From Eledone cirrhosa (lineage: Eukaryota), in contig OZ024741.1 in assembly GCA_964016885.1 (NCBI GenBank), forward strand, positions 130,944,001-131,008,000: a stretch of DNA of 64,000 nt, in the 5' to 3' direction. The notes beneath the pieces are model-generated. The model was not told the DNA's origin, did no database searches, and saw nothing but the letters and a program-made list of their open reading frames with translations. Of this stretch, positions 1 to 14,382 are shown piece by piece (the first letter of the stretch is position 1; every line of letters begins with the position of its first letter). Made by a program: the position numbers and the translations under genes.

Positions 1-1740
1 TTTACACATCATATTTGTCTTTGTAACTAGGGTTGGAAGCAGTGAACATATAACTTTACACATCATATTTGTCTGTGTAACTAGGGTTGGAAGCAGTGAA
101 CATATAACTTTACACATCATATTTGTCTGCGTAACTCGGGTTGGAAGCTGTGAACATATAACTTTACACATCATATTTGTCTGTGTAACAAGGGTTGGAA
201 GCAGTGAACATATAACTTTACACATCATATTTGTCTGTGTAACTAGGGTTGGAAGCAGTGAACATATAAATTTACACATCATATTTGTCTGTGTAACTAG
301 GGTTGGAAGCAGTGAACATATAACTTTACACATCATATTTGTCTGCGTAACTCGGGTTGGAAGCGGTGAACATATAACTTTACACATCATATTTGTCTGT
401 GGAACTAGGGTTGGAAGCGGTGAACATATAACTTTACACATCATATTTGTCTGTGTAACTAGGGTTGGAAGCAGTGAACATATAACTTTACACATCATAT
501 TTGTCTGTGTAACTAGGGTTGGAAGCGGTGAACATATAACTTTACACATCATATTTGTCTGTGTAACTAGGGTTGGAAGCGGTGAACATATAACTTTACA
601 CATCATATTCGTCTGTGTAACTAGGGTTGGAAGCAGTGAACATATAACTTTACACATCATATTTGTCTGTGTAACTAGGGTTGGAAGCGGTGAACATATA
701 ACTTTACACATCATATTTGTCTGTGTAACTAGGGTTGGAAGCAGTGAACATACAACTTTACACATCATATTTGACTGTGTAACTAGGGTTGGAAGCAGTG
801 AACATATAACTTTACACATCATATTTGTCTGTGGAACTAGGGTTGGAAGCAGTGAACATATAACTTTACACATCATATTTGTCTGTGTAACTCGGGTTGG
901 AAGCGGTGAACATATAACTTGACACATCATATTTGTCTGTGGAACTAGGGTTCGAAGCGGTGAACATATAACTTTACACATCATATTTGTCTGTGTAACT
1001 AGGGTTGGAAGCAGTGAACATATAACTTTACACATCATATTTGTCTGTGTAACTAGGGTTGGAAGCGGTGAACATATAACTTTACACGTCATATTTGTCT
1101 GTGTAACTAGGGTTGGAAGCAGTGAACATATAACTTTACACATCATATTTGTCTGTGTAACTAGGGTTGGAAGCGGTGAACATATAACTTTACCCATCAT
1201 ATTTGTCTGTGTAACTAGGGTTGGAAGCGGTGAACATATAACTTTACACATCATATTTGTCTTTGTAACTAGGGTTGGAAGCAGTGAACATATAACTTTA
1301 CACATCATATTTGTCTGTGTAACTAGGGTTGGAAGCAGTGAACATATAACTTTACACATCATATTTGTCTGCGTAACTCGGGTTGGAAGCTGTGAACATA
1401 TAACTTTACACATCATATTTGTCTGTGTAACAAGGGTTGGAAGCAGTGAACATATAACTTTACACATCATATTTGTCTGTGTAACTAGGGTTGGAAGCAG
1501 TGAACATATAAATTTACACATCATATTTGTCTGTGTAACTAGGGTTGGAAGCAGTGAACATATAACTTTACACATCATATTTGTCTGCGTAACTCGGGTT
1601 GGAAGCGGTGAACATATAACTTTACACATCATATTTGTCTGTGGAACTAGGGTTGGAAGCGGTGAACATATAACTTTACACATCATATTTGTCTGTGTAA
1701 CTAGGGTTGGAAGCAGTGAACATATAACTTTACACATCAT
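1..1740. repeat. Higher-order duplication, period 1,242 bp (23 monomers)
   Basis: The rare variants AAGCTGTG (T at 149 and 1391) and GTAACAAGGG (A at 190 and 1432) recur exactly 1,242 bp apart. Boundaries are approximate, and the first copy probably starts before the window. Confidence 0.8.
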
Positions 1741-1849
1741 ATTTGTCTGTCTAACTAGGTTTGGAAGCGGTGAACATATAACTTTACACATCATATTTGA
1801 CTGTGTAACTAGGGTTGGAAGCAGTGAACATATAACTTTACACATCATA

Positions 1850-4800
1850 TTTGTCTGTGTAACTAGGGTTGGAAGCGGTGAACATATAACTTTACACATC
1901 ATATTTGTCTGTGTAACTAGGGTTGGAAGCAGTGAACATATAACTTTACACATCATATTTGTCTGTGTAACTAGGGTTGGAAGCGGTGAACATATAACTT
2001 TACACATCATATTTGTCTGTGTAACTAGGGTTGGAAGCAGTGAACATATAACTTTACACATCATATTTGACTGTGTAACTAGGGTTGGAAGCGGTGAACA
2101 TATAACTTTACACATCATATTTGTCTGTGTAACTAGGGTTGGAAGCAGTGAACATATAACATTACAAATCATATTTGTCTGTGTAACTAGGGTTGGAAGC
2201 AGTGAACATATAATTTAACACATCATATTTGTCTGTGTAACTAGGGTTGGAAGCAGTGAACATATAACTTTACACATCATATTTGTCTGTGTAACTAGGG
2301 TTGGAAGCGGTGAACATATAACTTTACACATCATATTTGTCTGTGTAACTAGGGTTGGAAGCAGTGAACATATAACTTTACACATCATATTTGTCTGTGT
2401 AACTAGGGTTGGAAGCAGTGAACATATAACTTTACACATCATATTTGTCTTTGTAACTAGGGTTGGAAGCAGTGAACATATAACTTTACACATCATATTG
2501 TCTGTGTAACTAGGGTTGGAAGCAGTGAACATATAACTTTACACATCATATTTGTCTGTGTAGCTCGGGTTGGAAGCGGTGAACATATAACTTGACACAT
2601 CATATTTGTCTGTGGAACTAGGGTTCGAAGCGGTGGACATATAACTTTACACATCATATTTGTCTGTGTAACTAGGATTGGAAGCAGTGAACATATAACT
2701 TTACACATCATATTTGTCTGTGTAACTAGGGTTGGAAGCGGTGAACATATAACTTTACACATCATATTTGTCTGTGTAACTAGGGTTGGAAGCAGTGAAC
2801 ATATAACTTGACACATCATATTTGTCTGTGTAGCTAGGGTTGGAAGCGGTGAACATATAACTTTACACATCATATTTGTCTGTGTAACTAGGGTTGGAAG
2901 CAGTGAACATATAACTTTACACATCATATTTGTCTGTGTAACTAGGGTTGGAAGCGGTGAACATATAACTTTACACATCATATTCGTCTGTGTAACTAGG
3001 GTTGGAAGCGGTGAACATATAACTTTACACATCATATTTGTCTGTGTAACTAGGGTTGGAAGCAGTGAACATACAACTTTACACATCATATTTGACTGTG
3101 TAACTAGGGTTGGAAGCAGTGAACATATAACTTTACACAATATATTTGTCTGTGTAACTAGGGTTGGAAGCAGTGAACATATAACTTTACACATCATATT
3201 TGTCTATGTAACTAGGGTTGGAAGCAGTGAACATATAACTTTACACATCATATTTGTCTGTGTAACTCGGGTTGGAAGCGGTGAACATATAACTTGACAC
3301 ATCATATTTGTCTGTGGAACTAGGGTTCGAAGCGGTGAACATATAACTTTACACATCATATTTGTCTGTGTAACTAGGGTTGGAAGCAGTGAACATATAA
3401 CTTTACACATCATATTTGTCTGTGTAACTAGGGTTGGAAGCGGTGAACATATAACTTTACACGTCATATTTGTCTGTGTAACTAGGGTTGGAAGCAGTGA
3501 ACATATAACTTTACACATCATATTTGTCTGTGTAACTAGGGTTGGAAGCGGTGAACATATAACTTTACCCATCATATTTGTCTGTGTAACTAGGGTTGGA
3601 AGCGGTGAACATATAACTTTACACATCATATTTGTCTTTGTAACTAGGGTTGGAAGCAGTGAACATATAACTTTACACATCATATTTGTCTGTGTAACTA
3701 GGGTTGGAAGCAGTGAACATATAACTTTACACATCATATTTGTCTGCGTAACTCGGGTTGGAAGCGGTGAACATATAACTTTACACATCATATTTGTCTG
3801 TGTAACTAGGGTTGGAAGCAGTGAACATATAACTTTACACATCATATTTGTCTGTGTAACTAGGGTTGGAAGCAGTGAACATATAAATTTACACATCATA
3901 TTTGTCTATGTAACTAGGGTTGGAAGCAGTGAACATATAACTTTACACATCATATTTGTCTGTGTAACTAGGGTTGGAAGCAGTGAACATATAACTTTAC
4001 ACATCATATTTGACTGTGTAACTAGGGTTGGAAGCAGTGAACATATAACTTTACACATCATATTTGTCTGTGGAACTAGGGTTGGAAGCAGTGAACATAG
4101 AACCTTACACATCATATTTGTCTGTGTAACTAGGGTTGGAAGCAGTGAACATATAACTTTACACATCATATTTGTCTGTGTAACTCGGGTTGGAAGCGGT
4201 GAACATATAACTTGACACATCATATTTGTCTGTGGAACTAGGGTTCGAAGCGGTGAACATATAACTTTACACATCATATTTGTCTGTGTAACTAGTGTTG
4301 GAAGCAGTGAACATATAACTTTACACATCATATTTGTCTGTGTAACTAGGGTTGGAAGCGGTGAACATATAACTTTACACATCATATTTGTCTGTGTAAC
4401 TAGGGTTGGAAGCAGTGAATATATAACTTTACACATCATATTTGTCTGTGTAACTAGGGTTGGAAGCGGTGAACATATAACTTTACACATCATATTTGTC
4501 TGTGTAACTAGGGTTGGAAGCAGTGAACATATAACTTTACACATCATATTTGACTGTGTAACTAGGGTTGGAAGCGGTGAACATATAACTTTACACATCA
4601 TATTTGTCTGTGTAACTAGGGTTGGAAGCAGTGAACATATAACATTACAAATCATATTTGTCTGTGTAACTAGGGTTGGAAGCAGTGAACATATAATTTA
4701 ACACATCATATTTGTCTGTGTAACTAGGGTTGGAAGCAGTGAACATATAACTTTACACATCATATTTGTCTGTGTAACTAGGGTTGGAAGCGGTGAACAT

Positions 4801-6380
4801 ATAACTTTACAGATCATATTTGTCTGTGTAACTAGGGTTGGAAGCGGTGAACATATAACTTTACACATCATATTTGTCTGTGTAACTAGGGTTGGAAGCA
4901 GTGAACATATAACTTTACACATCATATTTGTCTTTGTAACTAGGGTTGGAAGCAGTGAACATATAACTTTACACATCATATTGTCTGTGTAACTAGGGTT
5001 GGAAGTAGTGAACATATAACTTTACACATCATATTTGTCTGTGTAACTCGGGTTGGAAGCGGTGAACATATAACTTGACACATCATATTTGTCTGTGGAA
5101 CTAGGGTTCGAAGCGGTGAACATATAACTTTACACATCATATTTGTCTGTGTAACTAGGATTGGAAGCAGTGAACATATAACTTTACACATCATATTTGT
5201 CTGTGTAACTAGGGTTGGAAGCGGTGAACATATAACTTTACACATCATATTTGTCTGTGTAACTAGGGTTGGAAGCAGTGAACATATAACTTTACACAAC
5301 ATATTTGTCTGTGTAACTAGGGTTGGAAGCGGTGAACATATAACTTTACACATCATATTTGTCTGTGTAACTAGGGTTGGAAGCAGTGAACATATAACTT
5401 TACACATCATATTTGTCTGTGTAACTAGGGTTGGAAGCGGTGAACATATAACTTTACACATCATATTCGTCTGTGTAACTAGGGTTGGAAGCGGTGAACA
5501 TATAACTTTACACATCATATTTGTCTGTGTAACTAGGGTTGGAAGCAGTGAACATACAACTTTACACATCATATTTGACTGTGTAACTAGGGTTGGAAGC
5601 AGTGAACATATAACTTTACACATCATATTTGTCTGTGTAACTAGGGTTGGAAGCAGTGAACATATAACTTTACACATCATATTTGTCTATGTAACTAGGG
5701 TTGGAAGCAGTGAACATATAACTTTACACATCATATTTGTCTGTGTAACTCGGGTTGGAAGCGGTGAACATATAACTTGACACATCATATTTGTCTGTGG
5801 AACTAGGGTTCGAAGCGGTGAACATATAACTTTACACATCATATTTGTCTGTGTAACTAGGGTTGGAAGCAGTGAACATATAACTTTACACATCATATTT
5901 GTCTGTGTAACTAGGGTTGGAAGCGGTGAACATATAACTTTACACGTCATATTTGTCTGTGTAACTAGGGTTGGAAGCAGTGAACATATAACTTTACACA
6001 TCATATTTGTCTGTGTAACTAGGGTTGGAAGCGGTGAACATATAACTTTACCCATCATATTTGTCTGTGTAACTAGGGTTGGAAGCGGTGAACATATAAC
6101 TTTACACATCATATTTGTCTTTGTAACTAGGGTTGGAAGCAGTGAACATATAACTTTACACATCATATTTGTCTGTGTAACTAGGGTTGGAAGCAGTGAA
6201 CATATAACTTTACACATCATATTTGTCTGCGTAACTCGGGTTGGAAGCGGTGAACATATAACTTTACACATCATATTTGTCTGTGTAACTAGGGTTGGAA
6301 GCAGTGAACATATAACTTTACACATCATATTTGTCTGTGTAACTAGGGTTGGAAGCAGTGAACATATAAATTTACACATC
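1850..6380. repeat. Higher-order duplication, period 2,483 bp (46 monomers minus 1 bp)
   Basis: ATTACAAATC/TAATTTAACA variants occur at ~2161-2220 and ~4644-4703, and the T deletion occurs at ~2499 and ~4982. ORF-track pairs 2215/4698, 2493/4976 and 3204/5687 are all offset by 2,483. The copies differ at several positions, and boundaries are approximate. Confidence 0.88.
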
Positions 6381-7955
6381 ATATTTGTCTGTGTAACTAG
6401 GGTTGGAAGCAGTGAACATATAACTTTACACATCATATTTGTCTGCGTAACTCGGGTTGGAAGCGGTGAACATATAACTTTACACATCATATTTGTCTGT
6501 GTAACTAGGGTTAGAAGCGGTGAACATATAACTTTACACATCATATTTGTCTGCGTAACTCGGGTTGGAAGCAGTGAACATATAACTTTACACATCATAT
6601 TTGACTGTGTAACTAGGGTTGGAAGCAGTGAACATATAACTTTACACATCATCTTTGTCTGTGTAACTAGGGTTGGAAGCAGTGAACATATAACTTTACA
6701 CATCATATTTGTCTGTGTAACTAGGGTTGGAAGCAGTGAACATATAACTTTACACATCATATTTGACTGTGTAACTAGGGTTGGAAGCAGTGAACATATA
6801 ACTTTACACATCATATTTGTCTGCGTAACTCGGGTTGGAAGCGGTGAACATACAACTTTACACATCATATTTGTCTGTGTAACTAGGGTTGGAAGCAGTG
6901 AACATATAACTTTACACATCATATTTGTCTGTGGAACTAGGGTTGGAAGCGGTGAACATATAACTTTACACATCATATTTGTCTGTCTAACTAGGGTTGG
7001 AAGCAGTGAACATATAACTTTACACATCATATTTGTTTGTGTAACTAGGGTTGGAAGCAGTGAACATATAACTTTACACATCATATTTGTCTGCGTAACT
7101 CGGGTTGGAAGCGGTGAACATATAACTTTACACATCATATTTGTCTGTGTAACTAGGGTTGGAAGCAGTGAACATATAACTTTACACATCATATTTGTCT
7201 GTGTAACTAGGGTTGGAAGCAGTGAACATATAAATTTACACATCATATTTGTCTGTGTAACTAGGGTTGGAAGCAGTGAACATATAACTTTACACATCAT
7301 ATTTGTCTGCGTAACTCGGGTTGGAAGCGGTGAACATATAACTTTACACATCATATTTGTCTGTGTAACTAGGTGTTGGAAGCGGTGAACATATAACTTT
7401 ACACATCATATTTGTCTGTGGAACTAGGGTTGGAAGCAGTGAACATATAACTTTACACATCATATTTGTCTGCGTAACTCGGGTTGGAAGCAGTGAACAT
7501 ATAACTTTACTCATCATATTTGACTGTGTAACTAGGGTTGGAAGCAGTGAACATATAACTTTACACATCATATTTGTCTGTGTAACTAGGGTTGGAAGCA
7601 GTGAACATATAACTTTACACATCATATTTGTCTGTGTAACTAGGGTTGGAAGCAGTGAACATATAACTTTACACATCATATTTGACTGTGTAACTAGGGT
7701 TGGAAGCAGTGAACATATAACTTTACACATCATATTTGTCTGCGTAACTCGGGTTGGAAGCGGTGAACATACAACTTTACACATCATATTTGTCTGTGTA
7801 ACTAGGGTTGGAAGCAGTGAACATATAACTTTACACATCATATTTGTCTGTGGAACTAGGGTTGGAAGCGGTGAACATATAACTTTACACATCATATTTG
7901 TCTGTCTAACTAGGGTTGGAAGCAGTGAACATATAACTTTACACATCATATTTGT

Positions 7956-10900
7956 CTGTGTAACTAGGGTTGGAAGCAGTGAACATATAACTTTACACAT
8001 CATATTTGTCTGTGTAACTAGGGTTGGAAGCAGTGAACATATAACTTTACACATCATATTTGTCTGTGTAACTAGGGTTGGAAGCAGTGAACATATAACT
8101 TTACACATCATATTTGACTGTGTAACTAGGGTTGGAAGCAGTGAACATATAACTTTACACATCATATTTGTCTGCGTAACTCGGGTTGGAAGCGGTGAAC
8201 ATACAACTTTACACATCATATTTGTCTGTGTAACTAGGGTTGGAAGCAGTGAACATATAACTTTACACATCATATTTGTCTGTGGAACTAGGGTTGGAAG
8301 CGGTGAACATATAACTTTACACATCATATTTGTCTGTCTAACTAGGGTTGGAAGCAGTGAACATATAACTTTACACATCATATTTGTCTGTGTAACTAGG
8401 GTTGGAAGCAGTGAACATATAACTTTACACATCATATTTGTCTGTATAACTAGGTTTGGAAGCGGTGAACATATAACTTTGCACATCATATTTGTCTGTG
8501 TAACTAGGGTTGGAAGCAGTGAACATATAACTTTACACATCATATTTGTCTGTGTAACTAGGGTTGGAAGCAGTGAACATATAACTTTACACATCATATT
8601 TGTCTGTGGAACTAGGGTTGGAAGCAGTGAACATAGAACTTTACACATCATATTTGTCTGTGTAACTAGGGTTGGAAGCAGTGAACATATAACTTTACAC
8701 ATCATATTTGTCTGTGTAACTCGGGTTGGAAGCGGTGAACATATAACTTGACACATCATATTTGTCAGTGGAACTAGGTTTCGAAGCGGTGAACATATAA
8801 CTTTACACATCATATTTGTCTGTGTAACTAGTGTTGGAAGCAGTGAACATATAACTTTACACATCATATTTGTCTGTGTAACTAGGGTTGGAAGCGGTGA
8901 ACATATAACTTTACACATCATATTCGTCTGTGTAACTAGGGTTGGAAGCGGTGAACATATAACTTTACACATCATATTTGTCTGTGTAACTAGGGTTGGA
9001 AGCAGTGAACATACAACATTACACATCATATTTGACTGTGTAACTAGGGTTGGAAGCAGTGAACATATGACTTTACACATCATATTTGTCTGTGGAACTA
9101 GGGTTGGAAGCAGTGAACATATAACTTTACACATCATATTTGTCTGTGTAACTCGGGTTGGAAGCGGTGAACATATAACTTGACACATCATATTTGTCTG
9201 TGGAACTAGGGTTCGAAGCGGTGAACATATAACTTTACACATCATATTTGTCTGTGTAACTAGGGTTGGAAGCAGTGAACATATAACTTTACACATCATA
9301 TTTGTCTGTGTAACTAGGGTTGGAAGCGGTGAACATATAACTTTACACGTCATATTTGTCTGTGTAACTAGGGTTGGAAGCAGTGAACATATAACTTTAC
9401 ACATCATATTTGTCTGTGTAACTAGGGTTGGAAGCGGTGAACATATAACTTTACCCATCATATTTGTCTGTGTAACTAGGGTTGGAAGCAGTGAACATAT
9501 AAATTTACACATCATATTTGTCTGTGTAACTAGGGTTGGAAGCAGTGAACATATAACTTTACACATCATATTTGTCTGCGTAACTCGGGTTGGAAGCGGT
9601 GAACATATAACTTTACACATCATATTTGTCTGTGGAACTAGGGTTGGAAGCGGTGAACATATAACTTTACACATCATATTTGTCTGTGTAACTAGGGTTG
9701 GAAGCAGTGAACATATAACTTTACACATCATATTTGTCTGTCTAACTAGGTTTGGAAGCGGTGAACATATAACTTTACACATCATATTTGACTGTGTAAC
9801 TAGGGTTGGAAGCAGTGAACATATAACTTTACACATCAAATTTGTCTGTGGAACTAGGGTTGGAAGCAGTGAACATAGAACTTTACACATCATATTTGTC
9901 TGTGTAACTAGGGTTGGAAGCAGTGAACATATAACTTTACACATCATATTTGTCTGTGTAACTCGGGTTGGAAGCGGTGAACATATAACTTGACACATCA
10001 TATTTGTCTGTGGAACTAGGGTTCGAAGCGGTGAACATATAACTTTACACATCATATTTGTCTGTGTAACTAGTGTTGGAAGCAGTGAACATATAACTTT
10101 ACACATCATATTTGTCTGTGTAACTAGGGTTGGAAGCGGTGAACATATAACTTTACACATCATATTTGTCTGTGTAACTAGGGTTGGAAGCAGTGAACAT
10201 ATAACTTTACACATCATATTTGTCTGTGTAACTAGGGTTGGAAGCGGTGAACATATAACTTTACACATCATATTTGTCTGTGTAACTAGGGTTGGAAGCA
10301 GTGAACATATAACTTTACACATCATATTTGACTGTGTAACTAGGGTTGGAAGCGGTGAACATATAACTTTACACATCATATTTGTCTGTGTAACTAGGGT
10401 TGGAAGCAGTGAACATATAACTTTACACATCATATTTGTCTTTGTAACTAGGGTTGGAAGCAGTGAACATATAACTTTACACATCATATTGTCTGTGTAA
10501 CTAGGGTTGGAAGCAGTGAACATATAACTTTACACATCATATTTGTCTGTGTAACTCGGGTTGGAAGCGGTGAACATATAACTTGACACATCATATTTGT
10601 CTGTGGAACTAGGGTTCGAAGCGGTGAACATATAACTTTACACATCATATTTGTCTGTGTAACTAGGATTGGAAGCAGTGAACATATAACTTTACACATC
10701 ATATTTGTCTGTGTAACTAGGGTTGGAAGCGGTGAACATATAACTTTACACATCATATTTGTCTGTGTAACTAGGGTTGGAAGCAGTGAACATATAACTT
10801 TACACATCATATTTGTCTTTGTAACTAGTGTTGGAAGCAGTGAACATATAACTTTACACATCATATTGTCTGTGTAACTAGGGTTGGAAGCAGTGAACAT

Positions 10901-13900
10901 ATAACTTTACACATCATATTTGTCTGTGGAACTAGGGTTGGAAGCGGTGAACATATAACTTTACACATCATATTTGTCTGTCTAACTAGGGTTGGAAGCA
11001 GTGAACATATAACTTTACACATCATATTTGTCTGTGTAACTAGGGTTGGAAGCAGTGAACATATATCTTTACACATCATATTTGTCTGTATAACTAGGTT
11101 TGGAAGCGGTGAACATATAACTTTGCACATCATATTTGTCTGTGTAACTAGGGTTGGAAGCAGTGAACATATAACTTTACACATCATATTTGTCTGTGTA
11201 ACTAGGGTTGGAAGCAGTGAACATATAACTTTACACATCATATTTGTCTGTGGAACTAGGGTTGGAAGCAGTGAACATAGAACTTTACACATCATATTTG
11301 TCTGTGTAACTAGGGTTGGAAGCAGTGAACATATAACTTTACACATCATATTTGTCTGTGTAACTCGGGTTGGAAGCAGTGAACATATAACTTTACACAT
11401 CATATTTGACTGTGTAACTAGGGTTGGAAGCAGTGAACATATAACTTTACACATCATATTTGTCTGTGTAACTAGGGTTGGAAGCAGTGAACATATAACT
11501 TTACACATCATATTTGTCTGTGTAACTAGGGTTGGAAGCAGTGAACATATAACTTTACACATCATATTTGACTGTGTAACTAGGGTTGGAAGCAGTGAAC
11601 ATATAACTTTACACATCATATTTGTCTGCGTAACTCGGGTTGGAAGCGGTGAACATACAACTTTACACATCATATTTGTCTGTGTAACTAGGGTTGGAAG
11701 CAGTGAACATATAACTTTACACATCATATTTGTCTGTGGAACTAGGGTTGGAAGCGGTGAACATATAACTTTACACATCATATTTGTCTGTCTAACTAGG
11801 GTTGGAAGCAGTGAACATATAACTTTACACATCATATTTGTCTGTGTAACTAGGGTTGGAAGCAGTGAACATATAACTTTACACATCATATTTGTCTGTA
11901 TAACTAGGTTTGGAAGCGGTGAACATATAACTTTGCACATCATATTTGTCTGTGTAACTAGGGTTGGAAGCAGTGAACATATAACTTTACACATCATATT
12001 TGTCTGTGTAACTAGGGTTGGAAGCAGTGAACATATAACTTTACACATCATATTTGTCTGTGGAACTAGGGTTGGAAGCAGTGAACATAGAACTTTACAC
12101 ATCATATTTGTCTGTGTAACTAGGGTTGGAAGCAGTGAACATATAACTTTACACATCATATTTGTCTGTGTAACTCGGGTTGGAAGCGGTGAACATATAA
12201 CTTGACACATCATATTTGTCAGTGGAACTAGGTTTCGAAGCGGTGAACATATAACTTTACACATCATATTTGTCTGTGTAACTAGTGTTGGAAGCAGTGA
12301 ACATATAACTTTACACATCATATTTGTCTGTGTAACTAGGGTTGGAAGCGGTGAACATATAACTTTACACATCATATTCGTCTGTGTAACTAGGGTTGGA
12401 AGCGGTGAACATATAACTTTACACATCATATTTGTCTGTGTAACTAGGGTTGGAAGCAGTGAACATACAACATTACACATCATATTTGACTGTGTAACTA
12501 GGGTTGGAAGCAGTGAACATATGACTTTACACATCATATTTGTCTGTGGAACTAGGGTTGGAAGCAGTGAACATATAACTTTACACATCATATTTGTCTG
12601 TGTAACTCGGGTTGGAAGCGGTGAACATATAACTTGACACATCATATTTGTCTGTGGAACTAGGGTTCGAAGCGGTGAACATATAACTTTACACATCATA
12701 TTTGTCTGTGTAACTAGGGTTGGAAGCAGTGAACATATAACTTTACACATCATATTTGTCTGTGTAACTAGGGTTGGAAGCGGTGAACATATAACTTTAC
12801 ACGTCATATTTGTCTGTGTAACTAGGGTTGGAAGCAGTGAACATATAACTTTACACATCATATTTGTCTGTGTAACTAGGGTTGGAAGCGGTGAACATAT
12901 AACTTTACCCATCATATTTGTCTGTGTAACTAGGGTTGGAAGCAGTGAACATATAAATTTACACATCATATTTGTCTGTGTAACTAGGGTTGGAAGCAGT
13001 GAACATATAACTTTACACATCATATTTGTCTGCGTAACTCGGGTTGGAAGCGGTGAACATATAACTTTACACATCATATTTGTCTGTGGAACTAGGGTTG
13101 GAAGCGGTGAACATATAACTTTACACATCATATTTGTCTGTGTAACTAGGGTTGGAAGCAGTGAACATATAACTTTACACATCATATTTGTCTGTCTAAC
13201 TAGGTTTGGAAGCGGTGAACATATAACTTTACACATCATATTTGACTGTGTAACTAGGGTTGGAAGCAGTGAACATATAACTTTACACATCAAATTTGTC
13301 TGTGGAACTAGGGTTGGAAGCAGTGAACATAGAACTTTACACATCATATTTGTCTGTGTAACTAGGGTTGGAAGCAGTGAACATATAACTTTACACATCA
13401 TATTTGTCTGTGTAACTCGGGTTGGAAGCGGTGAACATATAACTTGACACATCATATTTGTCTGTGGAACTAGGGTTCGAAGCGGTGAACATATAACTTT
13501 ACACATCATATTTGTCTGTGTAACTAGTGTTGGAAGCAGTGAACATATAACTTTACACATCATATTTGTCTGTGTAACTAGGGTTGGAAGCGGTGAACAT
13601 ATAACTTTACACATCATATTTGTCTGTGTAACTAGGGTTGGAAGCAGTGAACATATAACTTTACACATCATATTTGTCTGTGTAACTAGGGTTGGAAGCG
13701 GTGAACATATAACTTTACACATCATATTTGTCTGTGTAACTAGGGTTGGAAGCAGTGAACATATAACTTTACACATCATATTTGACTGTGTAACTAGGGT
13801 TGGAAGCGGTGAACATATAACTTTACACATCATATTTGTCTGTGTAACTAGGGTTGGAAGCAGTGAACATATAACTTTACACATCATATTTGTCTTTGTA

Positions 13901-14382
13901 ACTAGGGTTGGAAGCAGTGAACATATAACTTTACACATCATATTGTCTGTGTAACTAGGGTTGGAAGCAGTGAACATATAACTTTACACATCATATTTGT
14001 CTGTGTAACTCGGGTTGGAAGCGGTGAACATATAACTTGACACATCATATTTGTCTGTGGAACTAGGGTTCGAAGCGGTGAACATATAACTTTACACATC
14101 ATATTTGTCTGTGTAACTAGGATTGGAAGCAGTGAACATATAACTTTACACATCATATTTGTCTGTGTAACTAGGGTTGGAAGCGGTGAACATATAACTT
14201 TACACATCATATTTGTCTGTGTAACTAGGGTTGGAAGCAGTGAACATATAACTTTACACATCATATTTGTCTTTGTAACTAGTGTTGGAAGCAGTGAACA
14301 TATAACTTTACACATCATATTGTCTGTGTAACTAGGGTTGGAAGCAGTGAACATATAACTTTACACATCATATTTGTCTGTG
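7956..14382. repeat. Higher-order duplication of a ~2.97-kb block, offset 3,454 bp (64 monomers minus 2 bp)
   Basis: The variant order is identical in ~7956-10928 and ~11410-14382 (TGTATAAC+GGTTT at 8441/11895, GTCAGTGG, CATCAAA, and paired T deletions at 10490+10867 and 13944+14321). Confidence 0.9.

Noticed and set aside
30-44. G-quadruplex potential (GGGTTGG...GG)
   Set aside because: There is only one GGG run per 54 bp, and loops between G3 tracts would be 51 nt, so this is not a canonical G4.
12-54. Forkhead-like (ACAAATA on the minus strand) and TATA-like (TATAA) motifs
   Set aside because: These short AT-rich matches are expected by chance, and there is no gene context to support regulatory function.
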